From Azolla caroliniana (Eukaryota > Plantae > Polypodiophyta), in contig JBHGNT010000009.1 in the NCBI GenBank assembly GCA_043228905.1, positions 16,554,001 to 16,618,000 of the forward strand: a DNA stretch of 64,000 nucleotides. Reading direction: 5' to 3'. A program made the translations under genes and the position numbers. Shown here piece by piece: positions 49,601 to 60,636 of this stretch (its first letter is position 1; the number at the start of each line of letters is the position of its first letter). The notes beneath the pieces were generated by a model. It ran no database searches. It was not told the origin of the DNA and was given only the letters and a program-made list of their open reading frames with translations.

Positions 49601-52600
49601 CAGGTAAATTGTCGTCTGCAATGCCTCAGCCTAGAACTCCAGCGTCAGTTCAGCTTGTTGGAGCATTGTCGTCACCCTCTCTTGGATCGTTCGATTGATC
49701 CATTCTGCCACTCCATTCTGCATGGATGTGTAAGGAATGGTCTTTTGATGTTGGACCCCTTTGTTGGACAAGTATTGTTGGAAGGCTCTGGAGGTATATT
49801 CGCCTCCGTTGTTGGATCAGAGTGTCTTCACTCTATGTCCCGACCGGTTCTCCACATCTGATCTCCATCGAGTGAAGACCTCGAGCGCTTCGTCTTTGGA
49901 CTTGATCGAGTAGGCTCAGACCTTCCGTGTATAGTCATCTATGAATGTGATAAAGTATCAGGAGCCTTGTAGTGATTGTTTTGGCATGGGCCCACATATA
50001 TCTGTGTGCACGAGCTCTAGGGGTTGGCGTACCGTCTCGTAGTGGAGAGTGTGTGGACTTCGGGTCGGTTTCCCGTATCGACAATGCTCGTAGAAGTCAG
50101 TCTTTGCTTGGAGTTTAGGGATGTAGCCAACCACCATCAACCGATCGAGTTCGGCTTGAGACATATGGCCCAGTCGGCCATGCCATAAGTTTGGTTCTGT
50201 CTTTTTAACTAAGTTCACGATCCCTTTTGGATTGATTGCCATTAATGGGTACAAGTTATTGTACTTGTGTCCACTCCCAATCGTGAGATTTCCTCGGTTG
50301 ATCATCCATATCGACTCATTTAGAGTCGTTTGGTACCCGTCTTCGGCTAGCATGCCGATGGAGACCAGATTCGATTTTAGATCGGGTACATGCCTGACTT
50401 GGTCAGGGTGATCATGTTGCCATTGGGCAATTGGATGGGAACCTCTCCGGTCCCTGCGATTCTACACTCCTACCCATTACCTAGTCAGATTGTGCCGCTA
50501 GCGTCGGCTGAATAGTTCGAAAACCATTCAATGTTGGGGGTCACATAGAATGTGACACCGGAATCCAGTAACCATGTGTATGCATCTTGTGCACGGTATA
50601 GGACTTCTCCGATCATTGAATCCTCTAAGTAGAGAATTTCTCCTGATCGGGAGTCGGCAATGTTGATTTGGTTGCCGACTAGAGAGTGGTCCGAGTCGGG
50701 TCGGCCTCGATTTCGCTGGGATCGCCGACCACTCTCTTTCCTCTTGATCAACCAACAGTCGGAAACATTGTGGCCAACTTTTCTACGGTGTGTGTAGAAT
50801 TCGCCTGACCGGTCTGTTCTTGACTTCGACCGTTGTCGATCTCCCCTTGTTTTTGATCGGTTTGTATTCCGACCGGTTCTGTCGGCTTGTTCTCTCGTTC
50901 GACTCTGCCGATTCATCGATGGTAAGTCCCATTGATTTTTGTCAAATGTCCTCGGTGAGGACTTGGTCGATCGTCTCATCCAGATTTAAGATCAGTAGGT
51001 TATTGGCGTATGTCGTGCAAAATACGTCCCAACTCGCCGACAAGCTTGATAGGAGGGCAAGGGCTTTCCCTACTGAGGAGAGTTTTGACAACACTCCTCT
51101 GAAGGTGTTGATGTGAGCGGTAGCCGGATTGGTCTCTTTCATCTTCATGTTGAACAGTTGTTTGATTAGGATCAGTTTTGATGATGAGGACTTTTTCTCG
51201 TACACGGCTTGTAGCTTCTCCCATAATGCGAATGTTGTCATCGCTTTTGCCATGTTGAAGTAGACATTTTCGGCTAGGTACATTCAAATGGTGGAGTGTG
51301 CGATTTCGTCCATTGATCTCCACTCATCGGTTCACATTGAAGCAGGCTTTTCGGAGTGTTGAAATACCTCGACCTGTCTTCGAATAATCAGTACATCCTA
51401 CATCATCTCCTTCCATAGGGCAAAGTTTTTGTTGTCGAATTTCAGATCTCAACTCCTGTACCGGATGTTGATGTCATGATTCTCTTGAAAGTGAGATTTG
51501 CTACCTGGTCTTTTTCCTTTCAGTTTTTTCTTTTTATGTTTGTTGTTGTCGAGCTGTGGATCACTCTGATACCAGTTGAGGGACAGATAAACGCGGAAAT
51601 GTATGTGAGGACCTATTGGTATGCTCAGCAAACAACACAGATGGAAGGCAAGAAAATATAGACAGACAATAGACACACATGGATGAAGCTTTAATGGAAG
51701 CTCTCTTTATTTCTGTTTTCTCTCTCACTCAGAGACTCGATGTACAAGATGATCAAGCGCCTTCTTTACAACGTTAAGTTATCGCTTATATGCTAAGCCC
51801 TAACTATATGGACAAGTTCACACTAGAATACAAGGTGGAAGGAGTTGGCCTTTTATGCCAACAAGAAAAACATAGCATGACAGAGAGAGAGAGTGCTCTT
51901 AGAGCACCTCTGTTGTAACCGCCTATTGGCAAAGCAAACAAACTCAAGGCCGGTGCCTGTGGGTTCACTATGTATTTCCTCTCATAATGATTTGTTCGGG
52001 GTTAGTAGGTGCGCTCTCGTGGTTTTTATCCGGTTGGGGTTTTTCCACGTTAACATCTTGTGTACAATATTTTATGTTTTTCTCTATTTTTCTTGTTTCC
52101 CCATTTCGCACTTGAAACTCGGTTGTCGTTGAGTTCAATTTTTCTATCAAACTCGTATAAGAGTGAAGGTTCATTGCCTTCAAGAGAAAGAAAATGGAAG
52201 ACACATTCAGGGGAATGTTCAAGCTGAATATTCAGTGTGGAAGTCGAAGATGAGAAATATGTTGGTATGCAAAGATCTCTAGTTGCCAGTGCAATATGGG
52301 AAGACTAAGCCCAACAAAATTGATGCATCGAGTTGGGAAATCGTGCATCTGAAGGCGGTAGCATACATAAGGTGTTTTATAGACAAGATTCTGTACAACA
52401 ACTTTGATGGTGAGAACAAGGCAGGTGTCCTTTGGGAGAAGATCAACATTATGTTCGAGAATAAAAATGTCGTCAACAGGGTCTCAATCTTTAGGAAGAT
52501 TGTGAGACTCCAGTATCAAGATAGCTCCAGCATGGCTGAGCAGCTGAATGCCTTCCAAGAGCTCATCAACCAAACCACTCTCTAGAAGTGCCTCTAACCG

Positions 52601-53046
52601 ACGAGGTACTAGCACTACTATTGTTGGGATCCCTTCTGGACAGTTGGGAGACACTCATTGTCACACTAGGGCTTGCCGAACCGGAAGGCAAGCACTTATC
52701 CCAAGAGAAGGTGAAGTCGAGCTTCTTGAACGAGGAAGCTTGTCGGAAGGATAAAGAGCCAATTTCCGACCTGAAGGCCTTAGTCATGAAAGGTGATACG
52801 AATCGGGGAAGAGGCTGGAATCGGATACCCCAGAACCAGGAGAAATCGGGGACCAGGTTGAAGTCAAGGGGAAAGCCCACGTGCTTCTATTGTGGGACGT
52901 CGGGGCACTTCCATAAGAATTGTTGACCCTTCCAAAAGGAGAAGGGCAGAGTTGTCGATGCAGACACGAAGAAGAATCCAAATCAGAAAGGCACGTCAAC
53001 AATCGCGACAAGTGAAGAGCAATTGTTGCTCATCAGTGAGCAAAAC
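46645..53046 (+). mobile_element. Copia element I (LTR split by J; gag about 52195-53046 interrupted by K)
   Basis: Gag remnants ending CFYCGTSGHFHKNC, related to fragment D; LTR start approximate; no intact PBS seen. Confidence 0.7.
46799..51863 (-). mobile_element. Full-length decayed copia J inserted in the LTR of element I
   Basis: LTRs 46799-47086 and 51577-51863; TSD AGAAA; PBS tggtatcagag (51564-51574, - strand); PPT gggggattt; fragmented gag-PR-IN-RT-RH. Confidence 0.92.
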
Positions 53047-56000
53047 TGTAAAGAATCGATGGTGATTCTTGTGCAACGGAATAGACTAGAGATATGTGTT
53101 GTGAGTGTGTGTGTGTATGAGAGAGAGAGTGAGTGAGAGAGAAACACAAGATAGATTAGAGAGACAATAGAATACTCAAGAAGATGTATATTACAAAGGA
53201 GATTAATCGACTTAATTACAAAGTAGGAGGAGAGTGCTTTATATAGTCACTCTCTCTCTTCATTAACTACCGAAGCTCATGGGTCATGGGGAATGTGAAA
53301 ACTCATTAGTTATGTGTCATAGAATATGATTCTATGACACATAGTTAATGTGTAGATAAGAATGGTGACTTTTGACCTTTGAGTGCACACTCTCAAGGGT
53401 GTGTTCACACACTAGACTAGGTTGAGCTTGATTCTCAACATGCCCCCTCAAGCTCAACTTTGGTCAACTACTTCGGTTGAAGTTTGCTTCGGCTCGTATC
53501 CGGTTCGGACAATATCCGATACATCTGGTTCGTATCAGGTTCGGACGGTATCCGGTTTTCGCTTGTACTCCCCCTCAAGCTTGGCAAGTCAAGGACTGTC
53601 AATCCAAGGTCTGACAAGAATTGCCAAAGCTTGTCGGCTCCTAGGGCTTTGGCGAAGATGTCGGTTGTCTAAAGATTTGTAGTGATATGTTGAAGGTCGA
53701 CATCAGCAGCCTGAACATGCTCTCGAATGAAGTGATAGTGCACTTCGATATGCTTCGTGCGTGTGTGGGACACCGGGTTCTGAGCCAAATAAATACTACA
53801 CATGTTGTTGCAGTAAAGGAGAATCGGATCTTTGATGGGAACACCCAGATCCTTTAATATCCTCTTGAGCCATACGGCTTCACATGCAGCCACCGTCGAG
53901 CCCCTGTATTCGGCCTTTGTGCTCGGAAGAGCGACAGTTGGTTGCTTCTTGTTACTCCAAGAGATAGATCCACTTTCAAGGGAGAAGACAAAACCAGAGG
54001 TTGATCGTCGATCGGCTTTGTAGCCTGCCCAGTCGACATCTGTTTACCCCTCGAGTTGAATTGGCATGGCCGACTTATAGAGAATGTCATACTCCATCGT
54101 TCTGCTCACGTATCGTAGCACTCTCTTAGCACAATCCAAATGGATATCTCGTGGCGTTTGCATGAACTGGCTAAGAAGGCCAACCGGATTGCTTAGTTCC
54201 GGTCGAGTGATCGTGAGGTAGATAAGACTATCGATCAGTTGTCGATACTAAGTTGGCTCACACTCTGTGGTGCTAGAATTGGCATCTAGTTTGAGGTTTC
54301 GGTCGAGAGGTGTTGCCACAGACTTGCACTCAGTCATCCTGAACTTGTATAACAAGTTGAGAATGTAGTGCTGTTGGGAGATCATAATCCTGGCTGGAGT
54401 CCGAATTACCTCGATGCGAAGGAAGTAGTGGAGCTCTTTCATGTCTGTCATCTTGAATTTGCTAGAAAGGAAGGACTTGACCTTGTTAATGTCGACTAGA
54501 TGCTCACCTCCAATGACCAGATCATCCACGTATAGGATGATGACGATCGGACTTTCGGAATCACTTCTTACATATAGAGAATTGTCGGATTTTGACATTC
54601 GGAAACCTATTTGATGAAGATATTGTGTTATCTTCGAGTGCCAAGCACGTGGTGCTTGCTTAAGGCCATAGAGAGGCTTCTTGAGTCGGCAGACATCTTT
54701 CGGATGAATGCTAGATTTGAAGTCGGGTGGTTGTACCATGTACACCTCCTCTTCTAATTCACCTTGAAGAAAGGCGTTCTTGACATCCATCTGGTGGAGG
54801 TGCCACCCTTTCGCTGTTGCAAGCGCTATCACGGTTCGCGCGGTTGTCATCTTTGCCACCGGGGCAAAGCTCTCTTCATAGTCGACACCCTGTGTTTGTG
54901 CATTGACCTTTGCTACAAGTCGAGTTTTGTTGCAGTTGACGGAACCGTCGGCATTATACTTCATTTTGTATATCCATCTACAACCGATTGCCTTTTTGTG
55001 CGGTGAGTGAGGGACGAGATCCCATGTGTCATTCTTGCTGAGAGGTTGCATCTCCTCATTCATCGCTTCAACCCATCGTGGATCTTTAGTGGCTTCAGCA
55101 AAGCTCTCCGGTTCTCGAACTGTTGCCACCTTCATCATAAAGGCATAGTGGTATGCCATATAGTCGTTGTAGCCGAATCGGCTAACCAGATTCTTCTCTC
55201 GAGTGGAGCGACGAAGTTTCGCATTTGCCGATGTGAATGCTTTCTCAACTCCAGATGACCTCATAAGATGCACATCAAAGTCATCGAACTCACTATCGAG
55301 TGTATGAGTCGATTCGTTGCCGTCGATGTGATCATCTTCATATTTTGGCATTTTTGCCTTCCCTTTGTCCATCTTTGGACTTGGTCAAGATGAGCTTTGG
55401 TTGCTTGGAGGCTCTTGTGGTCCGCTCAATCTGGTTGAGATCAGACTCTCTTCGAGTATTGACCTTAGTTGATCATCGTCTTCTGTGTTGTCAAGGTCGT
55501 TCGTAGATGGTTCGGGAGGAATCGGCTCGGGTTTGTACCATGATGTCGATTCGTCAAAGATGACATCCCAACTTACACAAGTCTTCCGAGTAGAGGGGTT
55601 GAAGCACGTGTACCCCTTTTGCTCCAGTGAGTACCCCACGAGGATGAACTTCTCTGATTTTGGGTCAAGCTTCTGCCACTTCTCATCGGGAATGTGCGCG
55701 TATGCAATGGAGTCGAATATCCTTACATGGGATATATCCGCCTTCTTCCCATAGTATGTCTCGTGTGGGGTGACCTCGTGCACTCTGGATGTTGTGCACC
55801 GGTTCATGAGGTACACGGCGGTATTTGCAGCTTCTGCCCAATATGACTTAGGCATATGCTTCTCGTTGAGCATGGCCCGTGCTACCTCGAGGATGTGCCA
55901 ATTCTTTCGTTCGGCTACACTGTTTTGTTGTGGTGTGTGTCAGCAAGTGATTTCTCGTTGAATTCCTTCTTGTCGAAGGTATGTCGTGAACGCATCAGAG

Positions 56001-56523
56001 AAATATTCCTTTCCTCCGTTTGACCGAAGAAATTCTACATGACACCTAGTTGTCTTTTCGACTTCGCTTTTGAATTTTTGGAAGTATCTAAACACTTCGC
56101 TCTTCATCCTCATGGGAAAGATCCATGTGTATCTAGAGAAGTCATCGATGAAGGTAACATAGTACCGACATCCTCCGAACGTAACCGTCTGTGCCGGACC
56201 CCACATATCCGAGTGAACTATGTCCAATAGGCCTTTGCTCATGTTCGTCTCCTTCGGGAATGGATGTCGATGTTGCTTGCTGAATTGGCATGCTTCACAT
56301 ACTCCTTCAATCTTTTTCTCTTTGAAGGTCGGGAGCCCAATGATGACTCCTTTCAATTGCATCACCTTGAGTTTGTTGAGATTGATATAGCCGATTCTTT
56401 TATGCCATAGCTCTATGTTGGTGTCGGGTTTGAGGCACTTTGCAAACATGGCCGATTTTACCTCGTTTGCTTCGAGGATAAACATTCGGCCTTCCCTTCA
56501 ACCACGAGCAATTAGTTGGTCGT
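53047..56523 (-). mobile_element. Decayed copia K, 3' part (3' LTR 53047-53440, RH, RT, IN), interrupted by element A
   Basis: TG...CA LTR; PPT ttgagggggca; YVDD, HSDMWG, RTKHIEVHYHFIRE; 5' part expected beyond the window. Confidence 0.88.
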
Positions 56524-57431
56524 TGTCGTGAAGAATTTCGGCCAGAGGCGGAAACCGGGAAACATTGGCTACATCGGCGGGGTGCAGCACGTGTGCTCAC
56601 CGTTGTACATTTAGTGTGAATAACGAGGGCGCCTTTATGGCGACGAAGAGTAGTCAAGTCGGGACAGACGATCCCATGTAAGTCGGGATTTATCCCACAT
56701 TGTAACGCATCCCTCTCCTTGTTCTATAAAAGGAAGGGAGCAACCTTTGTGAAATGGTTGCCCATTTTTCGTTAGAGGATATACCGTTAGATTTAGGGTT
56801 AGTTATTCTTCTTCTTCTTCTTCTTCTCCCCTTCATGTTCGCTTACGGTTGGCTTCAGCTCGTCTCCTGCGCAAGACCCCGCTCAGCGCGACAAGCCCGT
56901 GAGCTCCCGACCTGCGGCTTGGCAACCGACGACTACTGTAACCTACCTTGGTCCGGCTCGAAGCCGGGAATGTATTCCCGCTTTTATATATATACATTTG
57001 CGTCTGTCTGTGTATATTGGTCTCTCTGTTGGTGTCGGGTGCTTCCCCTTTTCCTGCGTTTCCTGTACATAAGGGCGTGAGTCGGGTCGGCCTGTGTATG
57101 TGTGTGTGTGAGCGTGAGTCGGCGTCAAGCGCACGCTCCCTCTCTTTCTCTCTCTCCCTTCGGTTGCTTCAGGTGTGCTTCTGGGATGCCCCGGAAACGG
57201 TGAAGCACGACTTCCCACGCTCCGTCACTCCCTAGTCCAAGACCCCCGTGGTCCCGCCTTTCTCCATGCACTCGCGTAACAACGCGACATATTTGGTGAA
57301 CCCGACGTGAAGGGCGGCAAGGGAGGATGGAGTCGGAAGACGACGACCTCGCGGAGATGGTGGCCGAAGTGGTGTTGGAGTCGGCACGAGTGGTGATGAG
57401 GCGAGAAGCAGTGCAACAAGCAGTTGAGTGA

Positions 57432-58091
57432 GTGGTCGAAAGAGTCGGCCATTTCAACGGGGACAAGGTCCCATCTTACTTGGAAGCCTACAACACGGAA
57501 ATGGAGGAGCGCGGCGTAGACGAGGCGTTGAGGCTGGAGTTCTTTTGTCGGGTTGTAGCTGTCCCGATGCATGCGGAAGTAAAGGAGCTCCGTGAGGCTC
57601 ATAGTTCGTGGGAGGCCTTGGAAGAGGCGCTCCTGAAGGCATACAGAGGACGGCGGAAGAGCCGGGGACGACACGACTTCGACCAGTGGGTAGCATCGGC
57701 AAAGACCCACCGGGGCGCGACCAAGGTGTTCCGAGAGTTCGAGCAACGGCTTGCTCAGCTCCAGGAGCAGGAACAAGGTTTGGCGGGGGCGGACAAGGTC
57801 CTATTGTTCGTCAGGTCGATCGATCGAGCGGAACGGGAGGTCATCGGCATTGAGCTCGAAGACGATGATGGAGCGAATGGGCTTACGGAGGACTGGTCGA
57901 AGGTCGAAAGGGTGTGCCAACGGCTAGACGATGAGCGAGCCGAGAAGGCTAAGAGGAAGGCGCGCGAAGGCATGCCATCACAGCGGGAAGAGGTCGAACG
58001 GCAAAGGGAGTTGGTAAGGGTCGACGAAGAGACCAAGGAACGACCCGACTGGGGACCGACCCACGCGATGCTCCGATACAGTGGAGTGTGA
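57432..58091 (+). pseudogene. Gag-like ORF of element A, preceded by an in-frame stop
   Basis: VGHFNGDKVPSYLEAY...WEALEEALLKAY resembles NGEFDGKDVSRYLHDY...WESFEEAIRDAY of element B; lies just after the PBS. Confidence 0.7.
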
Positions 58092-59328
58092 TACTGTCGT
58101 GGATTGTTCAATCGGGGCCGGATTCGGCATAAAGGTGCCGATACGGGAGAGGGTGCGGGACGAGCCGCCCTCTTTTACATGGGGAGAAAGACCGACCGGG
58201 CGAAGGTCGAGAGTTGGAAGGAGGGTGATCAGAGGTTCGGAAAGAGTCTGGCAAGATCGGCGTCGGAGCCGAAACTCCGGACATTGGAGAATCAAGCTCA
58301 GGCGGGGCTTAATTGATCACAGAGTGGATGCTATCCACCGACACCACTAAAAGGGGCGGTGGTCCGGACGAGTCACCGAAAGAAGTTGCAAAACCGGTTA
58401 CCCCACGTCCTATCCGGAGACTTCGGCAGTTTGGCCGACGTGGCAACATGAGACCGAAAGAGATGGAGGATGGAGGCGAGAACGCGAAGAGGAGAAAAAT
58501 GACGAGTTCGGGAGAAGTACAAGGGATGAAGAGGAGAATGAAGACCGGTCCTACAGGATCCCCACACCAGTCCGGAGACCCCGGCAGTTCGGCCAACGTG
58601 GCAACGTTGTCGTAGTGTATTCCACACACTACGTGAAAACCATAAAATAATATATCCGATTTTAGATACATAAATAAATAAATAATATATCAAAAGAATT
58701 TATCACGTGCATAGGGCAAGATTCGAACCATGCACCTCCACGTAGATAAACCCCAACTTTACCATTGTAATAACTTATCTTTAGTGTTATAAAGATAGAT
58801 TTAATACGTATAAGACCTTTATTTACACATACCTTTATTAAAAGGTAAAAATCATGTATTCTTTAGAGTGTGAATATTTTATTTACACGTGCCACTAAAA
58901 GTGACTCATGCACATCTAGCGTGCATGAGCCCTATATTTAGGAAATGACAAAGCATCACATGCACATTTAGTGTGCATGGACACTTTAGGTGAAAAAGCA
59001 TGAAGCCATGCTTAGCCTCTTCCATCTTTATATAAGGAGGAGAGAAATATGTATAAGGTTGTTGATTAATATAGAAGAATTGATCAATCTAATATATTCG
59101 GGGAATTCACGAATTTTGCCATCAAAATTACTCTTACAATCTAAATATTGTTTTAAAATACACTAAACTCATGGGATTCACGAGATTGCTATCTTACTTC
59201 TCTTCCTATTATTCATAACCAGCCTTAAGTTGTATTCCTCTTCCTCCTAGTCCAAAACCTCGGCGGTTCCCACCCGACTCACGCAACGATCCGGAGCCGA
59301 AGGGCACGACACAGTTGGTGAACCCGAC

Positions 59329-60636
59329 GTGAAGGCGGGTGGTAAGGAGATGGAGAATCAACAAGAAGCGATGAATATGATGATGATGATGATTAAGCGG
59401 ATGCAAGAAGAGCAACACACAATGTCAGAGATGAAATCGGCAGTAGTGCGGCTTGTGCAAAGAAATGGGGAATTCGACGGAAAGGATGTGTCACGCTATC
59501 TACATGACTACAAGACGGAGATGATGCGATGTGGGATACCGGAAGGATTGCAAGTGATATCCTTCAGTTGGGTAGCCACGGATGAGTTACAAGAAAGAAT
59601 CTTCAAGATACGGCAAAAAAATCCAACATGGGAGTCCTTTGAAGAAGCTATACGAGACGCATATGACTATCTAAGACCGAAGCAGACGAGGACATGGTCC
59701 ACGAACGGCGGTCAACAGTGGGTGAAAAGCGGCCACCGACTTCCACTGAAGGAGAGCTTGATGCGGAAGGGTTTGGAGATGCATGAAAAGTCGCAAGTCG
59801 ACATTGAAGGGGAGCTTAAAACCGAACCAAAGTCGAGGCCAACAAAGGACGAGGAGGAGGAAGATCGAGGACGAAAGGGTATCCCCACACCGGTTCCAGG
59901 AACTTTGGCGGTTGTGCCCGTGCACCAACGTAAGACCGGAGAGACGGAATGTGTAGGCGGAAAGGTGGAGGACTGGAAGGGCGACGAGGAAGACAAAGTA
60001 AATGAGCACGAACGAAGGGATTCCTTCACCATTGTTTCGGAGACTTCGGTAGTCGAGCCCGTGTGTCGACATAACACCGAAGATAAGGAAAGTGGCAGCA
60101 ACGAAACGAAGGTCGAAGCCGATGCATACGAAGGAGAGATAGCCAAGGAGGTGGCTATGGGTGAAACAACGGAGGACGATAATACCGTGGATTCCTGTCC
60201 ACTAATTCTAGAGACTTCGGCGGTTGTATTCGAGAACCAACGTGAGATCGGAGAGACAGGAGGTGGCGGCAAGAAAGGTAAAGTCGGAAGCCGGTTCGGA
60301 TGGAAGGTGATCTGGACGGGATTCCGATCCGAAAGAAAGCCGAACCGGGTAAAAGACGATTCGGCCAAAAGACGAACCGAAAGAAAGCTGAACCGGGTGA
60401 AAGAGGATTCGACTGAAAGACGACCCGAAAGAAAGCCGAACCGGGCGAATGAGGATTCAACCGAAAGTCGACACAAACGAAAGCCGAACCGGGCGAATGA
60501 GGATTCGGCCGAAAGACGACCCAAAAGAAAGCTGACCCGAAAAGGGGTCGACTCGGTCAAAACCGGTCGACTGAGTCTGACTTGGCCGAACGCGAATATG
60601 GATGGAAGCCGACCTAGCCGAAAGCCGATCGGATGA
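59329..60636 (+). CDS. Gag-like N-terminus fused to a charged repetitive extension (435 aa)
   Basis: Open ORF directly after the PBS; gag-like first about 120 aa; then three degenerate ETSAV-type repeats and 16-aa ERKPNR repeats. Confidence 0.6.
   Translation: MKAGGKEMENQQEAMNMMMMMIKRMQEEQHTMSEMKSAVVRLVQRNGEFDGKDVSRYLHDYKTEMMRCGIPEGLQVISFSWVATDELQERIFKIRQKNPTWESFEEAIRDAYDYLRPKQTRTWSTNGGQQWVKSGHRLPLKESLMRKGLEMHEKSQVDIEGELKTEPKSRPTKDEEEEDRGRKGIPTPVPGTLAVVPVHQRKTGETECVGGKVEDWKGDEEDKVNEHERRDSFTIVSETSVVEPVCRHNTEDKESGSNETKVEADAYEGEIAKEVAMGETTEDDNTVDSCPLILETSAVVFENQREIGETGGGGKKGKVGSRFGWKVIWTGFRSERKPNRVKDDSAKRRTERKLNRVKEDSTERRPERKPNRANEDSTESRHKRKPNRANEDSAERRPKRKLTRKGVDSVKTGRLSLTWPNANMDGSRPSRKPIG
60329..60560. 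repeat. About 4.7 copies of a 48-bp tandem repeat in element B
   Basis: Units resemble ccgaaagaaagccgaaccgggcgaatgaggattcggccgaaagacgac. Confidence 0.85.
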
